Source of the DNA: Mycobacterium shinjukuense
GTDB lineage: Bacteria; Actinomycetota; Actinomycetes; Mycobacteriales; Mycobacteriaceae
Assembly (NCBI RefSeq): GCF_010730055.1
Contig: NZ_AP022575.1
Location: forward strand, 1,395,640-1,427,639
Direction: 5' to 3'
DNA length: 32,000 nucleotides
Under the pieces are notes generated by a model. It ran no database searches. It saw only the letters and a program-made list of their open reading frames with translations, and was not told the DNA's origin. Below, in pieces: positions 15,280 to 21,996 of this stretch (within the stretch, counting starts at the first letter, position 1; the number at the start of each line of letters is the position of its first letter). Made by a program: the position numbers and the translations under genes.

Positions 15280-16719
15280 TCAATAGGTCAGCCCCGAGTA
15301 CATGATCCGGCCCGGATCATACTTCTGCCGGATGGCGGTCAGTCGAGCTAGGTTGGCGCCGAAGTACCGCGCGGCCGGCTGGTTTGCCTCGAGATAGTTC
15401 ACATAGCCGCCAACCGAATACGGTTGCACCGCGTGATGCGCCGTGTCGAGCCAGCTGGTCGCGGCCGCCGGCGAACCGGCGGTTTCGACGTACCACTGCA
15501 CCAGCGCGGAATGCTTCCGATACGGAAAGGCTGTGGCCCCCGGTGCCACGCTGGCGAGGGCGCCGTCGAGCGCATGCATGATCGCAAACATCCGACCGGC
15601 CGGGCGCGGAAACGCATCGACCGCCGAGGCGATCCCCTGGGCGACGGCCGGGGTGATCGTGGTGAAGACATCGGATCCGCCGACATAGCCGAGCGGCGAC
15701 GGGTTGAGGTTCCCGACGGCCAGGTACCTCACCAAGCCCAGGTAATCGAAGGTGTGATTCTCGGTCCCGGTCGGCTGCATGCCGACCGCTGCGATGATGG
15801 CGCCGGCCACGCTGCCAGCCGACCCGGCCGGGCAGGTCGCCATGATGCGACAGTGCGTGCCCAGCGCGTCGGTGGTGGCCTCCGCCAACGCCCAGTTGCT
15901 TCGGTCGGCGGTACGCAGCCAGTTCTGCCAACCGAGCAGGATCTGCGCGAACGACTGCGGCGGGAAATTGAGGTTGACCACGTCCACCTCAGCGGTGGGA
16001 AACGTGGTGAAGGTTAGCGACGTTGTCACCCCGAAGTTGCCACCGCCGCCGCCGCGCAGCGCCCAAAAAAGGTCGGGGTGGTTGGTGGTCGATGCGGTGA
16101 CCGCCTCGCCGCCGGGCAGCACCACCGACGCCGATGTCAGTGCGTCACACATCAGGCCCGCGTGCCGGGATTGGGCGCCCAGCCCGCCGCCCAGGGCGTG
16201 TCCCGCGGTACCGACCGTCGGGCAGGTGCCCGTGGAGATGCCCCGGCCGGCCGCGGCCAGCGCCTGGTGCAGCGCATACAAACCGGTCGCCGGCGTCACC
16301 GTGACCTGTCCGCTGGCGCTGTCATAGTTGATCTCCTCGGGTAACTGGCGCAGGTCGAGCACCATGGTTCCGTCCGCGGTGGACGCGCCCACATAGGAGT
16401 GTCCGCCGCTGCGGGCAGCGACCTTGAGGTTGTGGGCAGCAGCGAATGCCATCGCCTTTTGCACGTCGGCCGCCGAGGTCGGGCCGACGATCGCCGCCGG
16501 CGTCGAGCCGTTGTAGTTGGTGTTGAAAACCTGTTTGGCCGTTGCGAATTGGGCGCCGTCGTCCGGCCGTAACACTCGCCCGCCGATGGCCGCGGAAAGA
16601 CCGTCCCAGTCGGGGGTGTTCGGATCGGCGGTAGCCCGGACCGGACCGAATACCGCGCCGGCGGCCAACGCGCCGGCGGCAGCGCGCAGGAACGTCTGGC
16701 GTGAGATCTCATGCGCCAA
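15280..16719 (-). CDS. FAD-linked oxidase (FAD_binding_4 / berberine-bridge-enzyme-like) with Tat-type signal peptide
   Basis: 479 aa. TTG start at 16719 preceded by GGGAG. N-terminus ISRQTFLRAAAGALAAGAVFGPVRATA. RSGGHSY flavinylation-type motif, ALRGGGGGNFGV, and a C-terminal BBE-like tail ..YVNYLE....YFGANLARL..IRQKYDP. Confidence 0.85.
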   Translation of the reverse strand: MAHEISRQTFLRAAAGALAAGAVFGPVRATADPNTPDWDGLSAAIGGRVLRPDDGAQFATAKQVFNTNYNGSTPAAIVGPTSAADVQKAMAFAAAHNLKVAARSGGHSYVGASTADGTMVLDLRQLPEEINYDSASGQVTVTPATGLYALHQALAAAGRGISTGTCPTVGTAGHALGGGLGAQSRHAGLMCDALTSASVVLPGGEAVTASTTNHPDLFWALRGGGGGNFGVTTSLTFTTFPTAEVDVVNLNFPPQSFAQILLGWQNWLRTADRSNWALAEATTDALGTHCRIMATCPAGSAGSVAGAIIAAVGMQPTGTENHTFDYLGLVRYLAVGNLNPSPLGYVGGSDVFTTITPAVAQGIASAVDAFPRPAGRMFAIMHALDGALASVAPGATAFPYRKHSALVQWYVETAGSPAAATSWLDTAHHAVQPYSVGGYVNYLEANQPAARYFGANLARLTAIRQKYDPGRIMYSGLTY

Positions 16720-16853
16720 CGTCGGGCTCCCGCGATTGCGTCATCTCCGGCATTGTCAACCACGGGGCGACAAAAATCGCGGTGCCGCATCACGTGTCGC
16801 GGGTCTTGTCTCACCCGCCTCGCGCGTTTCGGCACGGTAGGGATCTGCGATGC

Positions 16854-16897
16854 GCCCGCCTACCAGCGACAACCGTGGTTGTCGCTGCTAGGCGGGC
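16854..16897. terminator. 44-nt near-perfect hairpin (9 + 11 bp stem, one C.C mismatch); candidate terminator for the vapBC operon
   Basis: GCCCGCCTA c CAGCGACAACC gt GGTTGTCGCTG c TAGGCGGGC, checked by reverse complement. It lies in the 300-bp non-coding gap between the vapC stop (17020) and the oxidase start (16719). No clear U-tract. Confidence 0.5.
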
Positions 16898-17019
16898 ACT
16901 TTGTAGGTGGGTCAGTTCCGGGTACACGTGGGGCAGATGAGGACGTTGCGACGCCTGAAGCCGCCTATCAGAACTCCGAGACCCAATGCGGGCACAGCGG
17001 CCCGAGGAGCCAGCCGCGG

Positions 17020-17433
17020 TTATGGCCACCAGATCGGGCGAATTTCCAACCGCGGGATCCCTGCAAAGTCGTGTGGGTTGCACGTGTAGAGCGCGACGCC
17101 GTGAGCGATCGCGCTCGCAGCGATCAATGCGTCGTAAGCGCGTGCTGCCGGTTTTCTCCCCGATGACCGCAGCGCCGCGGCGACCCCACCGAATGCTCGC
17201 GCGCAGTCGGCGTCGAAAGGAAGAACCTCAAAGTCTGCCTCGGCCTGCTGCAGATGCTGCTGGCGTGCGCTGCGTTCCTCGTCGCCGCGGGCGACGTGCG
17301 GGCCGACGGATAACTCGGCCAGGGTGATCGCACTGATCACCGATTCGTCGGGAAGGGCTGACGGGTCAGCGATCTGGCCGAGAAGGATCACCGTGGAGGT
17401 GTCCAGCATTCCGCGCGTTGGCAGCCCACTCAC
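17020..17433 (-). CDS. vapC: PIN-domain toxin VapC
   Basis: ..GMLDTSTVILLG... ..ISAITLAELSVG.. ..AIAHGVALYTCNPHDF.. The start is GTG 17433, immediately after the antitoxin stop, or ATG 17409. Confidence 0.85.
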   Translation of the reverse strand: MSGLPTRGMLDTSTVILLGQIADPSALPDESVISAITLAELSVGPHVARGDEERSARQQHLQQAEADFEVLPFDADCARAFGGVAAALRSSGRKPAARAYDALIAASAIAHGVALYTCNPHDFAGIPRLEIRPIWWP

Positions 17434-17666
17434 AGCGACGGATCGATCAGGTTGTCGATATCGCGGCGCAACGCGTCGGGATTCACCCTCGGGAGATGCC
17501 TACGGCGACGAATGAGCTCGGCTGGGCTGACGCTTGGATGCGGCAGTGGGCGCAGTTCGGCCACCGGTGTGCCGTCGCGGGTGACGACGATGCGCTCGCC
17601 GCGCTCGACGCGGCGGAGGACCTCTCCCCCGCTGTTGCGCAACTCGCGCACCGTCACCGAACCCAT
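17430..17666 (-). CDS. Phd/YefM-type antitoxin
   Basis: From ATG 17666: MGSVTVRELRNSGGEVLRRVERGERIVVTRDGTPVAELRPL... is a Phd/YefM N-terminal fold pattern. It is coupled to the downstream PIN gene. Confidence 0.8.
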   Translation of the reverse strand: MGSVTVRELRNSGGEVLRRVERGERIVVTRDGTPVAELRPLPHPSVSPAELIRRRRHLPRVNPDALRRDIDNLIDPSL

Positions 17667-17680
17667 GACCGTAAGTGTAT

Positions 17681-17722
17681 CACCGGTGAGACAAGTCACG
17701 CGTGCCGGTGTTCGGCCACGTG
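17681..17722. promoter_or_regulatory. Series of CAC..GTG palindromes upstream of the antitoxin (CACCGGTG, CACGCGTG, CACGTG)
   Basis: Palindromes at 17681-17688, 17697-17704 and 17717-17722, lying 15-56 nt upstream of the minus-strand antitoxin start. Confidence 0.3.
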
Positions 17723-17789
17723 ATCCGGGCAGGGCAGCTGGGCGGCGTCATATGCCCGCGGTCGAGCGTGTTGTGGTCGACGCCTGTGT

Positions 17790-18185
17790 TCAGATGGCGA
17801 TGACACGAACGAGCTCGGCTAAACCCGAGAACTCGCCGGCGTTTCGGGTGTAGAGGTCCAAGCGGTTGGCGTGTGCCGTCGCGGCGATGAGGAGATCGGC
17901 GAACCGGCTCCGCGGCCTCCTGCCTTCCCCGATGATCGCGGCGACGACCAGGCCGTAGCTTCTGGCCGCGGTTGTGTCGAACGGGATGGGCTCGAGCATC
18001 GATTCCACTTCCTGTAATCGAGCTTGGCGCTTCGCCGCTTCCAGCGGGGTTGCAGCGAGATGAGGACCGGCGGCCAATTCGGCGGCGGTGATCGCAGATA
18101 TCGCCATCTGATCGGGCAGGGCCGCGACCACGGCCGGATCATGCCAGTCGACGACCACAGAGGTGTCAAGAAGTCCGGCCGTCAT
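17790..18185 (-). CDS. vapC: PIN-domain toxin VapC (paralogue of 17020-17433)
   Basis: MTAGLLDTSVVVDW... ..ISAITAAELAAG.. ..ATAHANRLDLYTRNAGEF.. is colinear with the neighbouring VapC. Confidence 0.85.
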   Translation of the reverse strand: MTAGLLDTSVVVDWHDPAVVAALPDQMAISAITAAELAAGPHLAATPLEAAKRQARLQEVESMLEPIPFDTTAARSYGLVVAAIIGEGRRPRSRFADLLIAATAHANRLDLYTRNAGEFSGLAELVRVIAI

Positions 18186-18188
18186 GTT

Positions 18189-18437
18189 TCACAGGCTTTG
18201 GTCGATTGACCGGTCCAGATCAGCGCGGAAGCGCCGAGGATCTATGCGTATCCCGGCCCCCGCCGAGGCAGCGACCTCGTCGCGGGAAACAAAGGTGCGC
18301 CGGCCGGCTTTGATGGGACGCAGCTCGGCTACCGGTTCGCCGTTGCGTGTGACGACAAATGTTTCGCCCGCCGACACGGCATCGATCACCTTGGCGTTGT
18401 CGTTGCGCAATTCGCGCTGGGCGATGGTTCGAGACAT
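18189..18437 (-). CDS. Phd/YefM-type antitoxin (paralogue of 17430-17666)
   Basis: From ATG 18437: MSRTIAQRELRNDNAKVIDAVSAGETFVVTRNGEPVAELRPI...DLDRSIDQSL. It shares RELRN, VVTR.G.PVAELRP and the D..ID.SL tail with the neighbouring antitoxin. Confidence 0.8.
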   Translation of the reverse strand: MSRTIAQRELRNDNAKVIDAVSAGETFVVTRNGEPVAELRPIKAGRRTFVSRDEVAASAGAGIRIDPRRFRADLDRSIDQSL

Positions 18438-18445
18438 CCTGCCAG

Positions 18446-18474
18446 TGTAGCGAAATATGCTACTGCGTGCTACA
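18446..18474. promoter_or_regulatory. Operator candidate TGTAGC ... GCTAC ... GCTACA
   Basis: TGTAGC (18446-18451) is the inverted partner of GCTACA (18469-18474), with an extra GCTAC at 18459-18463. An AT-rich centre (GAAATAT) lies 9-37 nt upstream of the antitoxin start. Confidence 0.4.
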
Positions 18475-18549
18475 GGTCCGGGCGCACGCTTGTCCAGCAG
18501 CGGTCGAGGATTGAACTTCGGCGGTTTACGAGTCCGGCTAAGGCGCCGG

Positions 18550-20217
18550 TCAATCAAAGATGGTCGTCCCGACGCCGGCGGGGCTGTAGTCGATGTACAC
18601 CCGCCGCGCCGCGAAGGGCAGATACCCGGTGTTCATCAGGCCCGAGGAGATGACCGTTGGGCGGTAATCGTTGGTGTTGAACGAGTACAGCAGATCACCG
18701 CCACTGGTGTAGACCGAAATGTCGGTGTTCGCCGGCAGGGCTCCGGACCCGATCACATACGACGGGATGGTTCCGGTCACGCCGCCGGAATCGATGATCG
18801 AGGGCACGGGGATGGGAGCACCGCCATTGACCGACACGTACAGCGTGGCAATCGGCGCTCCGACAATCTCGACGTCGGGGGCAGGTAGCGGGTTGGGGCC
18901 GAACCGCAGCTCACGGTCGGGGAAGTTGATGAGCACGCCCTCACCGAGGTCGCCCGGCAACGCCATGGTCGGAATGCTGGGCCCCGGGCCCACCGCGTTG
19001 GGCCCGATCCCCAAAACCCCGTCCACACCGGCGGGATCGAAATAGGCCTCGAACGGGGTCGTCGTCGGATTGGCGAAAAACGCCCTGACATATGCCGAAA
19101 CGGCGTACTGCGATGTCGGCAACGAGAACAGCACGACGTTCACACTGGTGGGCCCGGTGGCGATGCCGTTGCCGAAATCCACCGTGGTGGTGTAGGAGGC
19201 GAAGACATAGACCAGGCCCCCGCTGTAGCCGCTGACACTGAGCTCGGTGGGCAGGCCCATGCGCAATATTCCCGGTAGTCCCCCGACGTCTTTGGGTAAG
19301 ACGACAAGACCGGCGGATCCGGTATCAACCAGCACCGGCGTGCTCGGTCCGCCGTTGACCGAGGTGTAGACCACCGGATGAGCGCCGTTGATGATCGGCA
19401 TCGCAACGGTTCTGCCGTCCCCACCCGGGCCACTGACCCCGTGCGGACCCCACAACCAGCCCCCGTGACCTCCAGTGCCGCCAGGGCCACGATTCAACGG
19501 GTTCAACACGTCGTCGAGGCCTCCGGCACCACCCCTGCCGCCCGCACCCAACAGGCCCGCGACACCACCGGGTCCGCCGACCGCACCGGGCATACCGGCG
19601 ACGGTCGACACGCCCCCTTCCCCGCCGGGCCCGGCGTGGCCGAACAGCCAGCCACCGTTACCGCCGGCCCCGCCGGCGGCGTTGGGCCCACCGGCACCCC
19701 CCGCGCCCCCATTGCCGATCAACCCCGCCGCGCCGCCGGCCCCCCCGCCGACCCCCGACACCATTGACGAATAGCCGTTGCCGCCGTTGCCATACAACAG
19801 CCCGCCGGCCCCGCCGTTCGGCCTGGCGGCCGTCCCGGGTGCGCCGTCGCCGATCAGCGGACGCCCTAACAACGCCTGGGTGGGTGTGTTCACCGCGCCC
19901 AGCAGATCGTGCTGCGCCGTCTGCAACTGCGGCGCGATCGCGGCCTCGGTGGCCACATACCATTCGGCCCCGGAATTCAACGCCAGCACGAACTGTTGAT
20001 GAAACGCGCTGGCCTGGGCGCTGAGCGCCTGATACTCCTTGCCGAACCCGGCAAACAGCGCGGCCACCGCCGCCGACACCTCATCGGCGGCGGCCGCCGC
20101 GAGCCCGGTGGTGGGCGCGGCGGCCGCCGCGTTGGCCGCGGTCAGCGCCGAATCGATGTTCGCCAAGGCCGTCGCCGCCGACATCAACGACTCGGGAGCC
20201 ACGACTAGAAGTGACAC
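18550..20217 (-). CDS. PE_PGRS protein with C-terminal aspartic-protease (PecA / PE_PGRS35-type) domain
   Basis: The PE domain MSLLVVAPESLMSAATALANI... has YxxxE (WYVATE). A Gly-Gly-Ala/Asn repeat block is encoded at about 19450-19800. The C-terminal domain carries two catalytic-type motifs, LVDTGSAG (DTGS at 19315-19326) and IIDSGGV (DSGG at 18781-18792). Confidence 0.9.
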   Translation of the reverse strand: MSLLVVAPESLMSAATALANIDSALTAANAAAAAPTTGLAAAAADEVSAAVAALFAGFGKEYQALSAQASAFHQQFVLALNSGAEWYVATEAAIAPQLQTAQHDLLGAVNTPTQALLGRPLIGDGAPGTAARPNGGAGGLLYGNGGNGYSSMVSGVGGGAGGAAGLIGNGGAGGAGGPNAAGGAGGNGGWLFGHAGPGGEGGVSTVAGMPGAVGGPGGVAGLLGAGGRGGAGGLDDVLNPLNRGPGGTGGHGGWLWGPHGVSGPGGDGRTVAMPIINGAHPVVYTSVNGGPSTPVLVDTGSAGLVVLPKDVGGLPGILRMGLPTELSVSGYSGGLVYVFASYTTTVDFGNGIATGPTSVNVVLFSLPTSQYAVSAYVRAFFANPTTTPFEAYFDPAGVDGVLGIGPNAVGPGPSIPTMALPGDLGEGVLINFPDRELRFGPNPLPAPDVEIVGAPIATLYVSVNGGAPIPVPSIIDSGGVTGTIPSYVIGSGALPANTDISVYTSGGDLLYSFNTNDYRPTVISSGLMNTGYLPFAARRVYIDYSPAGVGTTIFD

Positions 20218-20378
20218 GCCGCTCCCTTCACGTCAACCGCCGATCCGTGTGCATTAGCGTATCCAGTTCCTGGTCCGGCATCTCCGTTTTCACGTACCGC
20301 TCCCCCGCCGGGTCGTCGCCGGCGGCTCGGGCCGGACCGCGGACGGCACCGCCGACGGCCATATGTCAGCATGTGAGG

Positions 20379-21023
20379 ATGATTGCACGCGGCCTTGCTC
20401 ACATCGTTGGTGTCGTGGTGGTGACGACGGGGGCGCTGCTGAGCGGGCCCATCGACGGTCCCGCCGCGTCGGCTGACCCATGTTCTGACGTCGCGGTGGT
20501 TTTCGCTCGCGGCACCCACCAGGATCCCGGTCTGGGCGATGTCGGCCAGGCATTCGTTGACTCGCTTGGCTCGCAGGTCAAGGGACGGTCGGTCGGGGTC
20601 TACGCGGTCAATTACCCCGCCAACGACGACTACCACCGGAGCGCGACCAGCGGCTCCGACGACGCGAGCGCGCACGTTCAGGACATCGTCGCCAGCTGCC
20701 CGAACACCAAGATCGTGCTGGGCGGATATTCCCAGGGCGCGACCGTGATCAATTTGTCCACCTCGGCGATGCCGCCCGCGGTGGCCGATCATGTCGCCGC
20801 GGTCGCCCTGTTCGGCGAGCCGTCCAGTGGCTTCTCGCGCATGTTGTGGGGCGGCGGGGCGTTGCCGACGACCAGCCCGCCGTACCTCCCCAAGACCATC
20901 GATTTGTGTGCTCCCGACGATCCGATCTGCTCCCCGGGCGCGAACATCATGGCGCACGTTTCGTACATACAGTCCGGCATGACAAGCCAAGCAGCGACAT
21001 TCGCGGCCAACCGGCTCTCCTAG
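20379..21023 (+). CDS. cfp21: Secreted cutinase-like esterase, Cfp21 (Cut7, Rv1984c)-like
   Basis: MIARGLAHIVGVVVVTTGALLSGP...ADPCSDVAVVFARGTHQDPGLGDVGQAFVDSL... GGYSQGA (nucleophile Ser) ... LCAPDDPIC ... AHVSYIQSGMTSQAATFAANRL. Near-colinear with Mtb Cfp21 as recalled. The track ORF start at 20211 was rejected. Confidence 0.9.
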   Translation: MIARGLAHIVGVVVVTTGALLSGPIDGPAASADPCSDVAVVFARGTHQDPGLGDVGQAFVDSLGSQVKGRSVGVYAVNYPANDDYHRSATSGSDDASAHVQDIVASCPNTKIVLGGYSQGATVINLSTSAMPPAVADHVAAVALFGEPSSGFSRMLWGGGALPTTSPPYLPKTIDLCAPDDPICSPGANIMAHVSYIQSGMTSQAATFAANRLS

Positions 21024-21072
21024 GTCACCGCCCGCGACATCGGGCGGGTGTGGTCCCCGGAAATGCGCGGTC

Positions 21073-21876
21073 TCAGCAGCTGAACGCGGCCGGGCGGCGC
21101 TGCCGGAATGCCGCTGCTGCCTCGACGAAGTCATCCGAGCGCAGCAACACGGTCTGTTCCTGCACCTCATGTTCGAACGCTGGCCCCAACTGAGTGAGGG
21201 TGGCGGCATTGATCGCGTACTTGGCCTTGGCGAACGCCGCCGCCGGACCGCTGAGCAACGCCTGGATCACCTTGTCCACCTCACCCTCAAGGTCGGCGGG
21301 CGGGTGAACCGCGCTGATCAAACCCCAGGCCAGCGCCTCGGCCGCTGGTAGCCGCTCGTTGAGCAGCGCCAGCCGCATCGCCCGGGCCCGGCCGGCCGCT
21401 GCGGCCAGCGTCGCCGACAAACCGCCGTCGGGCACTAGCCCCATCTTGGTGGCGGCGAGGGTGAAAAACGCGTCCTCAGAAGCCAACACGAGGTCGCATG
21501 CCAAGGCCAACGAGACACCCAAGCCGGCTGCTGGCCCCTGTACGACGGCAACGACCGGCTGGGGCAGCATGGTAATCGCGCGCACCGCGCGATTGGCCTG
21601 CTCGGTGAGGTTGATCGCCGGGCCGACGCCATGCCAGTCGTCGACGATCATGCTCGCCCCGGAACAAAAGCCGCGGCCCTTACCGTCCAGGCGCACCACC
21701 TTCACCCGCGGATCGGTGGCAGCGTCCTCCAGCGCATCCGCGATGGCCGTCAGCAGGGGCACCGTCAGCGAGTTGAGCGATTCCGGGCGATCAAGGGTCA
21801 CCGACAGCACACCCCCGGCCAGGCCCACGGACAGGCCCGCCACCGAAGTCAGCGCGTCGACGTCGACATACGGCAT
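21073..21876 (-). CDS. Enoyl-CoA hydratase/isomerase (crotonase) family protein
   Basis: ..VLSVTLDRPESLNSLT.. ..RGFCSGA.. ..PVVAVVQGPAAGLGVSLALACDL.. are crotonase oxyanion-hole motifs. ATG 21876 is preferred because AAGGA lies 9 nt upstream. ATG 21885 is the alternative. Confidence 0.85.
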   Translation of the reverse strand: MPYVDVDALTSVAGLSVGLAGGVLSVTLDRPESLNSLTVPLLTAIADALEDAATDPRVKVVRLDGKGRGFCSGASMIVDDWHGVGPAINLTEQANRAVRAITMLPQPVVAVVQGPAAGLGVSLALACDLVLASEDAFFTLAATKMGLVPDGGLSATLAAAAGRARAMRLALLNERLPAAEALAWGLISAVHPPADLEGEVDKVIQALLSGPAAAFAKAKYAINAATLTQLGPAFEHEVQEQTVLLRSDDFVEAAAAFRQRRPAAFSC

Positions 21877-21920
21877 CGTCACCATCCTTACGCAGCGGAG
21901 AAACGGTCGCGTTGGCATCT

Positions 21921-21960
21921 TATACATCGAAGTATCGCATACATTTATGTATCTTGTATA
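21921..21960. promoter_or_regulatory. AT-rich nested palindromes in the divergent echA / permease promoter region
   Basis: TATACA (21921-21926) pairs with TGTATA (21955-21960). ATACAT tt ATGTAT at 21939-21952. This is the most AT-rich 40 bp in this part of the window. Confidence 0.4.
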
Positions 21961-21996
21961 GCCCCTGGAGTGGGCGTGTCGTGTCACGGCCAACAC

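Noticed and set aside
15280-16719. Whether the FAD oxidase signal (SRQTFLR) is a genuine twin-arginine signal
   Set aside because: It is not reported as a finding. The motif has RQ instead of RR, so Tat export is plausible but unproven. This does not change the annotation.
19450-19800. Highly repetitive GGC/GCC-rich stretch that could be mistaken for a tandem repeat or CRISPR-like array
   Set aside because: It is the PGRS (Gly-Gly-Ala/Asn) coding repeat of the PE_PGRS gene. There is no spacer/repeat periodicity and no cas genes. No CRISPR array exists anywhere in the window.
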